Source of the DNA: Podarcis melisellensis
Lineage: Eukaryota
Length of the DNA: 64,000 bases
Reading direction: 5' to 3' (one strand)
Assembly: GCA_964234715.1 (NCBI GenBank)
Contig: OZ174276.1
A program made the translations under genes and the position numbers. Shown piece after piece: positions 25,483-38,600 of this stretch. Numbering within the stretch: the first letter of the stretch is position 1; every line of letters begins with the position of its first letter. The notes beneath the pieces were generated by a model, which had not been told where the DNA came from, searched no databases, and saw nothing but the letters and a program-made list of their open reading frames with translations.

Positions 25483-27045
25483 GTAAGTTGATTTGGAGGG
25501 CCTTGGTGCTTGAAACGGCGAGGAGTAGCAGTTACTTCTTGCCTACTTAAGAAAAAGAACTCCTCAAAACTGGGGGTGTTCGTACAACAAAATTTATGTA
25601 TCTTGACTTCTGGTATTTTCTGTTTGGCAGAGAAGCTGGATAACGGGCTTATAGAGCCTTCACATGACTATTTTAAATTCTGTTCATTTTGTTTTAACTT
25701 TTTTTTTAACAGCTTGACTATACTCCTTGTAGGGGCTACTTGTTGCCAAATGTCTCGGGCTTCTGTAAGCACTAGCAAACTTTCCTTCCAAGTTCTGCCA
25801 GACTTGAGAGGTGGTGTGTCTTGAAGAGTCTGAGTTGGCTTCCTTGGTCTGTGTTACATTTTTATCAGGATTTCCTGTAAATGATATAATCTGAGGCATA
25901 TCTGAATTACATGGCTTAGTCTTCTCAAACCAGTAGCTGCCCTGGCTTCCTCTCAAAGACCCTGGGAGTTTAGCTTTAGAGATGCTGATAATCTTTCTAA
26001 AGAAACAGCTGGGAGCTTCACGGAGCTTTAGTCTTCCCCCCATCTCACTTCTCCAGGATGGTTTGGGAGACTGATAGACAAAACTGATGTTCCTATTGAT
26101 TGAGAAAATAGTAGTGATCTTTATGTGTGACTCAGGTCTTCAGGCACTCATGGTTTCGAGCAAGTAACTTGCTTCCACACAACGGGAACACCCAGTGATT
26201 TGGCAAACCTAACTCGCATCAGCTGTTTGCAGTACTAGGGACTCCCTTTCAGACAACTGTGTTCCATGTGTGTTAAAGAGCAGAGCCAGTATGTGCAAGA
26301 AATGCGTGAACAAGGCTAATATAAGTATTGAATGTGAATGTTCAGGATTGTTTCATCCTCCTCCCCGCTTGGGAATAGGAAGTCTGGAAATCACTGTCCA
26401 GAAATGCTCCTATTTGTCCTTCAAGAGTGCATCCAGCCATTGGCTCCATGACCCTGGGATGTTTTGCATGCAGGTTGGTGATTGCCTAGTAGCAAATGCA
26501 ATTAATGCCAACGGGCAGTTCAATAAACAAGTACACTGGTTTTCATTGGTTATCCGTCACTTTCTAGGAAGGAAAAGGGTTAATGGGTTCTTGTCATTCA
26601 TAGAATCATAGTGTTGGAAGGGACCCAAGGGTCATCTAGTCCAACTCCCTGTAAAAAATATATATGGAATGCAAGGTATGCAGCATGTGGTGTGTATTAG
26701 AAAATAAAGAACAAACTTTCTTTAAGGATCAGTTCAGTCCTACTGCCTCTTAAAGAGATATGTCAGCTCCTGGGGGCCGAGCCCTTTGGGGACCCCTAAA
26801 TATTTTTGAGGTAGGGCCCCTCAGTGTCCAAAAAGGGCAGTGTGGCTCCTCCTCCTGCTGCCACGGAAGAGGAGAGTCGAAGCAGCCTCCCACTGGTGTT
26901 GGTACCAGTAGAAGCTGTCCACTTGCGGCATTTGGCTCCGCCCCAGCTCCCCCTGAAGTCATGACGTAGATGCCACGCGTGGTATCACACACTCAACATT
27001 GCTCCCCCTCCCAATCACCCTCAGAAGCTGATGGGGTACAAATAA

Positions 27046-27085
<40 letters not shown>

Positions 27086-30000
27086 TAATATATCTCTGCT
27101 CTTAGAGCTGTGTTGGTGAAGGACTTTGCTTGTACCACACCAGCTGTCATGGTGGTCTAGGTCTAGTGGGTGCTGACATATCTACATATAGTGAACAGCA
27201 GCTTCTGGTGGTGGAACAAAGCAGACAGGGTTCCTTTGCAATGCCTTCTGTATTCTGGAAGGTGAGGTCGGGGTCTTAATGCACTTTTAATGATGCAGGA
27301 TGAATCACCCACCCACATGAAATTTGTGGAAACGGCCTTCCTGTTGCTCAACAGCAGTGCCCAGCTCATCTCACTGCTCCTTACAGACACCAGCTATTGC
27401 TCAGTCTCTGATGAAATTCCTGCGTTGCATGGAGCCAGGGCTTGCTGCCTTCCATATAATTCCCACTTCTCATCAGCCCCAGCCATTATGACCAATGGTC
27501 AGGTCTATTGAATTTATAAACTGCTTCTCACAACAGAATGCCCCAATGCAGTTTAGAAGAATAATTTGCTTGGGGTAAAATGAAGTGACAAAAGGAGCTG
27601 TAGTCCATCAACATCTGGAGGGAACCACATTAACTATCCCTGCCATCAATTTAGTATGGGAGCCAGGAGAGAGGATAAACCTAAAAACAGAGGATGGAAC
27701 ACTTCCAGTGGAATTGGAAGAGGCTTGGCTTGGGTGTCAGGAATCATGGACAGAATTTTTAGTGATGCCCTTTGATGGGTTCAGCATACAAGGGAAATAT
27801 TTTTCTCCTCTTTCTCTTGATTGTTTCTCCCTTGTCACTGGAACAGCCTTTCTCAACCTTGGGTCCCCAGATGTTGTTGGACTTCAACTCCCATCATCCC
27901 TAGCTAGCAGGACCAGTGGTTAGGAATGATGGGAGTTGTAGTTCAACAACATCTGGGGAACCAAGGTTGAGAGAGGCTTCAGAATGGCAGGTGTGGCAAG
28001 GGTAGGAGCATCCGCTGAATGGATGAGTGGGGTGAAAAGAGTGAGAAGAGATTGGAGGAGATGATTTGCAGCAGGAGTGGGAAACTGGTTCCTTCAGGTG
28101 TTACTGGGCTTTGGGAAGAATTCAGCATCTCACTTAGATTATTGTTCCATCAAGGTAAGTATTTTGGCTTGCTTGATGGAAAACACACAGATACACACAC
28201 AGCCCTCTCCTCTCCTCCCTCTCTGAACTGTTCCAGGGGCTTTCCCAAACGGCCCACCCTGAGCCAATTTTGGGAGCTGCATAAGGGGAGGAGGAGATGC
28301 CAAATTGCAAAAGTGGAATCCCTTCCACAGGGCTTACATCAATGAGATTCGTTGGTTGAATCCTGCCTTCTGACTCCCATTCTGCTTGACATTGGCCATG
28401 GCAAATGAGGCTGACGAGAGTTGGATCACACCTGGAGGACCACTGGCTTCCCACCCCTGGCTTAGAATAATGATAAGCAGTTATTTTTGGCAGGTGTCCA
28501 CTTTTAAGAATTATTTGGTTGGGGTGGCAAGGCAAGAACAATTTCAGTTCTGTAGCTATGATGCAAACAGAAGCCTAAGATTTCTGGCATCTTGACCTGA
28601 TCTCTAGTGGTGTCTGTCTGTCTGTCTCTGTGTGTCACATGATACCATATCACATGAATATAGCTAAACTGAAGGATGCATTCACCCAGCTATATTTGCC
28701 TACTTAACTTGCCTACGTCGATTGACAAAGAAAATGTCCCACGAAATAGTCAAGTCTTATTGCATAGGATCCTCACCTCTTTCTCTTTTGCTTCTGGGCA
28801 GCAACTGGGCATGGGGGTGGGCACAGCTGCCACCCACTGAAGGGACTGAATTGACTCAAAGGGCTCCTGTTGTTGCTCCCTCTAAACCTGGGATCTTTTG
28901 GGATTATTCAGTAAACAAGAGTGTTTTACATCTGTCTTGTTACACAGGGGTCAAAACTTTCCTTGCCAGGTGCATCCTGTTGCTGCTATCAGGCTAATCA
29001 CATTAATATCTGTAGTCAAAACAGCGAACCTGATGGGGTGTTGTTATGCTGGGAAGAGGAGAAACAACTTTTTAAAAGTCACATGGCTTTAGTGTTGGGA
29101 AAAGATTGACTAGCTATGCTCACATTTTCACCTTTCTTTGTGTCACGCTGACCAGGTTCACACATGCTAAGGTGAACCATGACTTGGCATGAACATGCAA
29201 GTCTGTGGGCTCTGGGAGATTATGCTGCAGGTACGTTGCTCCTCTGTCTTTTTGCTGTTGTGTCACAATGAGCTTAAGCCATGGTTTGGCTTAGCATCTT
29301 GTCTGGGCTTGTGGTTTAGCTCACCTCAGAAACCATGAGCTGTAACCTATTGTTACAACTCGTGGTTAGTCTGGAGAGCACTTAAGTCATGAACCTGAGT
29401 TCAGACAACACATTAATTCGAACCACAGCTTAGCTTAGTGTGGTACAGCAGCAAAAATTTGACTTGGGCAGAAGTGAAGCAGCTACAGTCTCCTCTGTAG
29501 GTGCCCATGCATCTGAGTTCAGCTGTGGTTTGGCTAAGTGTGACGTGCAAACCAAGCCAGTGTTTGTTTTGCCAGTCATAAAGATGGGCGAGTTAGCAAC
29601 ATGTTTGATTTCCCTGTTAAAGTGATCAGAATGGTAAATACAGCCTCTGAGAAGGGGTGGTGGTTACATGTAACTCTGCTGAAGATAAAGGATCTAGAAT
29701 CCAAGCTCCATCCTGGACCCTAGAATCTGAGATGATTTGTTCCTAGTATACACACCAAAACTTGAATTTCAAAACCCCCACTAATTCTAAGTTCTAAATG
29801 CGTGTTTCCATTAGTCTCAGGCAGTATATCTTGTGGCTCATCTTTTCCACCAAGTTTTTCAGACTTGGAATCCCATGCTTCGAGAACTATAAAGTATACA
29901 CACAAACTCCAAACTCGTATTATATTTTAGGTCTTTCAAAATGTTATGTGATTAGTATTTGTTAGGATCCCACTATTCAGCTAGAGCTGAAAGAACTGAG

Positions 30001-32606
30001 CTTTTCTCAAGTTTTCTGTTTTTGCATGTAGAAACCATATGAAAATATAGGCTGTTGCCTGTTTGAATGTACCAAATAAAAAAGTGTGTCGGCTTGCTAT
30101 TGTTAGGATGCCACTTGGTGCGATCACTGTTATGATACAAGCCAGGAAGTGGCAGAAACTGTGGCTTCGCCCCTGCTTGGGTAACGGAACAGCAGTGTGA
30201 AGCATTTCCTGGGTTCGGAGGGGGGACCTTCTGTATGTGCTCCTTTTATATTAAATATTCTCATATTTGGCCTAGCTGCTGCTGTGCCTTAAATACCAAA
30301 GCTGTCAGGATTCTTTTATGCATGTCTCCTCTCTTCAGTGGCAGTAGTGTAACTATTTTAGCTACGATAGCCAGCTCAGCTAGAGTCCTGGGGAACCTTA
30401 AGGATTAACCACCTCATTGTGTCATGTTTTGTTCGGTGGAGCCTTATTTGCCACACCCAGAAGTTTTATCCTCAGGCTATTTATTTTGTTAAGCAATCGC
30501 ATTTCTATCCCTTCAAGGAGCTCAGGCAGTGGCCATGGTTCTCCCTTCGTTTTACCCTGTTATTCATTCATCCCATACTTTTAAATGCATTTCAACATGG
30601 CTTTCCAAATTGCAAAATGTCTGAGGCTTTTTAAAAAGTATATTTGTTGCACTAGGGCGACAGAGCACTTTAATGTCCCAGCATGCACTTCAGTCCCTCT
30701 CACAAAGTCTGGAGGAACTCTATATATTTAAGTTTATTCATCTCGCCTTACCAATTCTTCACCAATGAAAAGTGGGCCACTCACACCCACCTTGACTGGG
30801 TCTCATTTACACCTGTCTCTGTACACCTGATCTCTGAATTGCTGGTCTTTGTGCCCTAATTTTTGTAAACATTTCTTCCTCTGTATGTGAGTGAGAGAGA
30901 TGAATATACCTTACCAGTTCAGGACAACTCTTCATGTATCTGGCATAGTAGGTTACAAACTACAAAAGCTTATTTAAAGATGCCACAAGACCTTGCTTTC
31001 TTCCGATTACCAATGTGAGAAAGGAGGGAACTGACTTGGCATTGCTTGTGAAAACACCCCCATGTTAAAAACACAATTATGCTGGGAGTTAGCATATGGC
31101 TCAGGAAGGATAAGGTGGGGAAATGTGTGTTTGGACTAGGACTACTTGCAGAAATTGGCTTAGACTGGGGTTTTTTGTTGTTGGCCTACGGTGCGCTTAG
31201 CTGCCTTTCGCGTTTCCACTTCCTGTGCCTTGGGAAAGCATGCTTTCCCCAGAAAACATTAACCCGAGTCGGCATACGATCATTGGAGTTGATGGGATGG
31301 TTTGCTTTGGTCTAATGTAAACAGCAGCCAGATGTCCCTTGGATCTGCTGGAAGAGACTTACGAAGGAACAAAGATATTAGCCTGGAGGGTGTGTCTTGG
31401 GGGCAGAAAGCCAGTAATTCCTGCTTTCTGTGGTGACTGCTGCTCCAGAAAAGGTTTCCAGCATAAAATGCCCTATTGTTGAGTCCAGGCGGCATCTTCC
31501 TTCTGTAACATGAACAGGAAACGGTGTGACAGAAGAGATAGGAACTAATGAGACTGCTTAGTCTTAGCATAACCCTTCCTGATTTTGTGAACAATTGGCT
31601 GTACTGCCTGCACTGTGGCCTGTTTGCCGTAGCACTTTGGGTGGGATTTGGCACAGGAATCGCGTGGAGGTTATACAGAACAGCCCAGCTGCAGAGAGCA
31701 AGTGAAGTCGGAGGAGGGATTTCTGGAGACACCCTAAAGCTTATTCTCACACACAGAAACTCACTAAAAGCTTTTGAACCATGTGCACCCTTCACGCCTG
31801 TTGAAATGAGGCATATAATAAAAACCATTTTCTTTTGACACTGGCTGTTTGTCTCCAGGAAGGAAAGGGGGAAATTGCATGTGTGGCTGAACCACTCCTG
31901 CAAGACAAACGGGCATCACCCTGTTTTTTGCGCCTCCCAACAGTTTCTGCGTTCTCTGGTGCTCTTTTGTGAACACCCCTCCATCCACATACATACATAC
32001 CCACCTCAGATCAGAGTTAGCCGATCTTTGCCCTCATATTGAGCCAGTGGGAATATCCACAACTTTCCACCAGAGTTTTCCCCTGGCGAGTGATGGTGGT
32101 AATGGATCTATGCTGATCTGCCTGCAAGTTCAAAGCTTGCTGTGGGTAATCTGGAAACTGGGCTTGGGCCTCTTTGCCTTAGGTGGATCCACCCTGCTGT
32201 GATAGGGCAAGGTAAATATCAGCTCCAGGAAACACAGCACCTATTTGGGAACTGGGTGGGAATTTGCTGTGCTGACTCAGTCCTGAGCTGGGTGCCTTCA
32301 TCTGATCTTGCTTATAATGGTCTCCGTTTACTCTGAACCTCTCCCTGATAAATAACTGCCCGTTAAGACTTATCTTGCTACAGCTGTCATTCTTCTGTTC
32401 TGATCTCTCTTTCTCATATATGTGACCTGCTGCCAAGTCTACAGTAAGTTGTGGGTGGCAATTTGATGCTACTGCACATGGTATTAACATACCCTGCCAT
32501 TTTTAAACTGATATATTTTATTGAATTTTCATAAAGTTTCACATAAACATTCCAGTACATAATAGGTTTTTCTTTTGTTTTGTTGACTTCCCACCCCATT
32601 TTCCAT

Positions 32607-32685
<79 letters not shown>

Positions 32686-35600
32686 TGCACACCCTGTCTT
32701 CTCTCTTATATCATAACAATAATACAATAATCTCCAATTCCTTCTGTTGCTCATAGTTCACGTCCTGCTCACAAATTCAACATGCTAGAATATTTCTTTA
32801 CATTATCCAAAAAAGGCTTCTGTTCTTCCATAAAACAATTCCCCATAGTCCATCACTTTACTTATCCATTCTTATTTGGTGGGAAATTCTCCCATCTTTC
32901 CATTTTTATGCATAAAGAATCCTAGCTGCTCTCATTACATACATAAACAACTTAATCGTCTTTTATTGGACTTCTCTCCCTATAATCCCTACCCTGTCTT
33001 TTTTTAAACAAACAAACAGCAGCTTTGATTTTCTCTGGACTGTTAATTATGGTGACCCTGTTATCATAACTGTACTCTTCTAGTATATCTTTCAAGTAAA
33101 AGAGCAAGCAAGCAGGGCATGTTTAAAAAGCACGTGACCAGGCCCTAACTGCATCCAGTTGCAACATACCAATGTGCTCCTTCCCTTCTCATTCCTCCAT
33201 ATTCACAGACCCTGAGAGTAAATGTTACTTAATGAGTGATCTTTTTTGAAAGAAAGAAAGAAATGGCTTGATCATGAAAGCCACAAGGACAGGATATTGC
33301 AGAATAGGTGTACACAGCATCTGGGGTGGAGAAGCCTTTTATAATCAGCCTGTTTGGCTTAGGGGAAGGCAGACTGTGAGCCTAGTTGTGGAAATGGAGG
33401 TGTTTTTAAGAACACAAATGTGTCACTTTTACCTGTGAATGTTGGGAAGGTATGCCTTCAACAGTATTAAAACTCTAGGACAGGCTTCCTCAACCTCGGC
33501 CCTCCAGATGTTTTGAGACTACAGTTCCCACCATCCCTGACCACTGGTCCTGCTAGCTAGGGATCATGGGAGTTGTAGGCCAAAAACATCTGGAGGGCCG
33601 AGGTTGAGGAAGCCTGCTCTAGGAGCTGAATTCATCCCCATTCCAGATCCCTATTCAGTATTAAGGGCCTACACGCTTAGAACCACTGTGAGGCAGGGAT
33701 AGGAAACTTGTAATGCCCTCTAGACGTTACACTCCACCTGTGATCACTGGCCATGCTGGCTGGGACTGATGGGTATTGGAGTTCAACAACATCAGGAAGG
33801 CTGCAGGTTCACACTTCTGAGGTCTCAGCCTCACTTACCTCACAGAGTGCTTGTTGGTGGGGGAGGAAGGGAAAGGAGAATGTTAGCCGCTTTGAGACTC
33901 CTTCGGGTAGTTATAAAGCGGAATATCAAATCCAAACTCCTCCTCCTCCTCTTCTTCTTCTTCTGTCATAGTACCAGGAGCCTGGACCTGCAACCCCCAC
34001 CCCACCCCCATGCCTTTGAGCCCCATTTATGTGCTGGGGGAGACCCGCTCTTACTTGGCTCCCTGCTGAGTTTAGAACTTCAGGCACACAGGCTTCTAAA
34101 CTGTGTGGGGAGCAGAGAATGGCAAGCTCCCTGCTGCAGACCTTCACCCTCTGAATACGTGGCACACGGTGGGACAAAACAATGAGGATGCAATATGAGT
34201 CCTTTAACACCTGATAGCACTTTCCACCCCTTCTAATTCAGATGCCTTAATGCTGGCAGAAACACATGGTGGAACCTGCATTTAAACATGGATGCAGCAG
34301 GGTTCGAAATTAGCAGGGCGCCAGGCAAATTTCGCGCCTAAAGGTTCTCCATTTGCGAACGCCTAAGAGAAGTGGCTACCATTTTTTGCACCTGGCTGAC
34401 ACTCAAGGATTACTGAAATGTATGTGCTTTGAAGCCTCAAAGTGTATGTTAAGGATAGGCAATATGTTAAGGAGTTTAACCACAAACAGTAGAGTGTTTT
34501 GAATACTGAAGTATGGTATTATTTTTTTTGCAGACACCAAATTAAACAGTATTAACAGTTTTAACAATGCATGTTAAAAATGTCATATTAACAATGTGTC
34601 ACTTATATGAATTGCGTAATGGTTCAGGATTATCAAAATAAAGTGTTGCCGACCCCCCTCCCCAAAATCGCGACTAGGCATTCTGTTTTGGCGCCTACAA
34701 CCCAGATCCCAGGAGCCATTTGGCTATAGCTTTTCTATCCCGGTTTCTAACACTGCATGGATGGTGTATTTGAGCCCAGCTTCAGTTGTTAACAGTTACC
34801 CCCTTGTTGCTTATTACAAAGCTTTGCTGAAGTATTGTCTTGACATCTTCCTTTTTATTTGAAACCACGATGCCCACCTTAAGGTCAAATCAGTGGTGTT
34901 TTCACACTGCAGAGCAGTTGGCAGTGCAAGTTTTACTTCAAAATGAAAAGCAAATGTTAACTCTGTTCTAGTTTCTTGTAGTAAACAATACCTGTAAAGT
35001 TTTTTTGTACTTTGATTTCATTATATGTGTTGGAAGCCACCCAGAGTTGCTGGGGCAACCCAGCCAGAAGGGCAGGTTATAAATAACATATAAATAAAAA
35101 AAACCAGAATAAATAATAAAGTTATTATTAGTTATTATTCCTTCCCCCCCCCCCTTTTTGGGAGGTAATTGTGAATCTTGATGCAATATTCTGCCTGACT
35201 CCAGTGGTGCAGTTCTTCTGTTGGTTATGCGTGGACAATTCCGCCACTAACGTTTGGTTTCTCTTCCACACAGCTCTGCGGCATTGCTCTGATCGCCTTG
35301 GGCATTTATGTACAGATTGAACTCAAACACACCCTGGTGATGACCAGCGCCTCTGCTTCAGGCCCTCCCATTGTCATCCTGGCTGTTGGAGTTATAGTCT
35401 TCTTCATCTCCTTCTTTGGCTGCTGCGGAGCGTTAAAAGAGAACTACTGCATGGTCACCACGGTGAGGAGAATGAAGGGGAGCTAGGCATTGGAATCGCA
35501 GGGTGGGAAGCTGAACTCTTAGATCTGACTGGCTGGAGGGAGCTAATATAGCTTAATAGTCGGGACTGCAGCCTCTAAAGTTCCATCTAATCCAGGCACC

Positions 35601-38600
35601 TGAGCCTTTGGCACCCCACCCTTTCTAGAGCTTGAGAAATGGAAGGCAGTAAGGATAGCGAATAAACCAGGCATAGGCAACCTTTGGCCCTCTAGATATT
35701 TTGGACTACAATTCCCATCATCCCTGAGGACTGGTCTTGTTAGCTAGGGATCATGGGAGTTGTAGGCCAAAACATCTGGAGGTTGCCTATGCCTGGAATA
35801 AATGGTGCTTGCCAAAGTTACGCTTCATCTTACTGCTGATCTAAGACCTGTGTTGTTAACCTTGCCCTGCTACAGGTCTCAAAATCATCTTGCCCAGGGC
35901 TAGTCAATATGTTGTTCTCCAGATGTTGTGCCATGGCTGCCATAATCATGATAACGGTTTCATAATTTTTGACCTGGCAATATATCACGAAACATGGGGT
36001 GTGTGCACACTATGCAAAAATCACAAAGCAGGAAAAACAGTGAAGCCAGCCAATGCCTCTACAGACTTCATCCTTATTTAAGACATTGTGATACTTCAGT
36101 ATATTGCAATGTTTAGCTGGTGATTTATCACGATGTTGACAGCCAGCTGTCGCTCAGACCTAGCCTCAGTAAGCATGGCCAATGGGTGATCAGGAACATT
36201 GGGAGTTGGGGAGCACCACGTTGGCATCTACTGTTCTAGCCTGTTGTCATCGTTTCCCATTTTGAATATTGGGAGTCAGGATGGGGCAAATCACTGGCTT
36301 CACAGAACAGATTTGATAGGCTTTGAATAAGAATGGGTTCTGTCTCCTCTGGCTGGCTAGGCCACTGCAGACAGCAGGGTGGGAGAGTTATTTAGGCAAA
36401 GCTCTCCTCTTCAGAGGTAGGGCTGCTTCTTAAGTGGACACAGTCTTTGCTGTCAGAAGGTGAGATTCATATGAATAAGGGTGAAGGCGGGCTATTGACT
36501 ATTACTGCTAAGCCCAAAATGAAGGGTGGCAATGAGGCTGGGATCAACAAGCACTCCATAGATATTATTAATAATTGCATTTCCTTCAATAGTTTGCTGT
36601 GCTGCTGACATTGATCTTCCTAGTGGAGATTGCAGCTGCCATCGCTGGCTACATCTACAAAGATGAGGTAAGAGATGCCTCTGGGTCCCGTGGTTCTGCT
36701 GTTCTCTCCAGATGTTTGCTGCAACCCGCTGGAGCAGTGGTAGCCAACATGGGGGTCTCCAGAGGGTTTTTTCTTCCATATTTTTTATTGATTTCAGAGG
36801 TTTTACAAATTTACTTAAATTTCAACATGTTTTACTTAAAATTTTGACTTTTTAAATTTTTTATTTTACAATTTAGGATATTCATTTAGACAACCTTAAA
36901 ATATCAGTGACTTCCCTTCTCTTTCCATGGTTCATTTTGCTTAGCATAAACCCCTGCCTGTTTTATATAAACTAAACCATTCAGTATTTCATTATTACTT
37001 CCATCAAAACTTATTTAAACCATTGAATTTATCTTAACGTTGCCAGCGTTTTCAAGTGTGCACAATTTCCCCCATATATTCAATAAACATTTTCCAGTCT
37101 TCTTTAAATGTATTTTCTTCTTGTTCTCTTATTCAGTATGTTAGATCCGCAAGCTGCGCATCTACCATCAGTTTAAGTTGCCATTCTTCTTTGGTTGGGA
37201 CCTCGCTCGTTTTTCATTTTTAGGCTAACAAAACACAGGCCGCTGTAGTGGCATACATAAATACCCTTTTTTTAAAATAAAATTTTTGACTTCCCAACCT
37301 TACCTCCATGATGTTTTTATTCCCACCCTTTATCTACTGCTTTATATAACATATTTGTATTTGATACAAATATCCTCTATTTCACTTGTCATCGTTTTCT
37401 TTCCGCTGCTCGTAATTCAAACCCTGCCCACTTTTTAAAAAACTAGAATAGCTTGTTAAAAGAAAGTTTATTTACTCACATGCAGACACTTGTTATCAAG
37501 ATTCAGTCATCATAGTTCAAGCGTCAGACAATGAAACAAATCACTTCTTCCAAACATGGCACAAGAAGTTGACCCCATCAAAGCAGACCACAAAATTTCA
37601 GCGTTTGTTTTGATGATGTTCTTCCATACATGTTGAGCTGCTTCAGGTATCAGTCTTATTGAATGAAATAATAGAAGCATTATTCTTGTACGTGTGTGTT
37701 TTCTTAATTTCTGTTAAATGTCAGATTTGATCCAAAGGCTTCCTCTTGCTTTCATTTGCTCCTGGCGGGCTTACGCCAGGTCTAGCTTCTTCTGCGTGGC
37801 TGCCAGCTGCTCCAGCAGCCACTTCTTCTGCCAGTCGAGGTAGCACCTCCGCACCCTGTTTGCCTGCCAGCCCACCAGCAGCCCTTAAGCGAAGGTCAGC
37901 AGCACCGCCACCTTCACAGAGCGCTCTGAGCGCAGCGCCATGTCCCCCCCCCTGCCCACGTTTTAATTTGACTGTAGCAGTTCTTCAGAGGGTCTCCACT
38001 CTTCCATAAACAGTTTGTCACTTTGATCTGCTATTTCACAATTTCCACATAGTCCATTAAACTTTTGAAGTCATTCCTCTTTGGTTACTACCTCTCCTCC
38101 TTTCCATTTCTGCTTGTACAGGATTCTGGCTGCTGCTGCTGTTGAACCATCCTTTTGGGAACCTCCATCCCTATTATCCCTTGGTAGAAAAGCTTCGGGG
38201 CTTTTGGGAATAACCAACTTGAATTTTTTCCCCTTCAATTCATTATGTATCATTTCCCAAAAGCCTTTAGCGTTTTATACATGTCCACCAAATATGTAAA
38301 AAATGACCCTTCAGCATGTTTGCATTCCCAACATTTATTTGACACGTTCTTACACATCTTAGCCAGTTTGTTTGGTCACCAGGTGATTTTTAGCTAGAAC
38401 ATCTCTCGCTTCTGCCATTTGCCCTCCTGGATGAGGTTAATGAGAGTTGGGAGTCCCAGCAACAAATAGAAGTTGTATGTTGGCTGCACCTGCCCTAGAG
38501 AGAGATAGGTAGGGGTAATATCTAAAGCGAAACACTTTCTTTTTAATCACTGGATTGACCCTGAGATTGAAGACCATCACTAGAGAATTCATCCAGAAGT

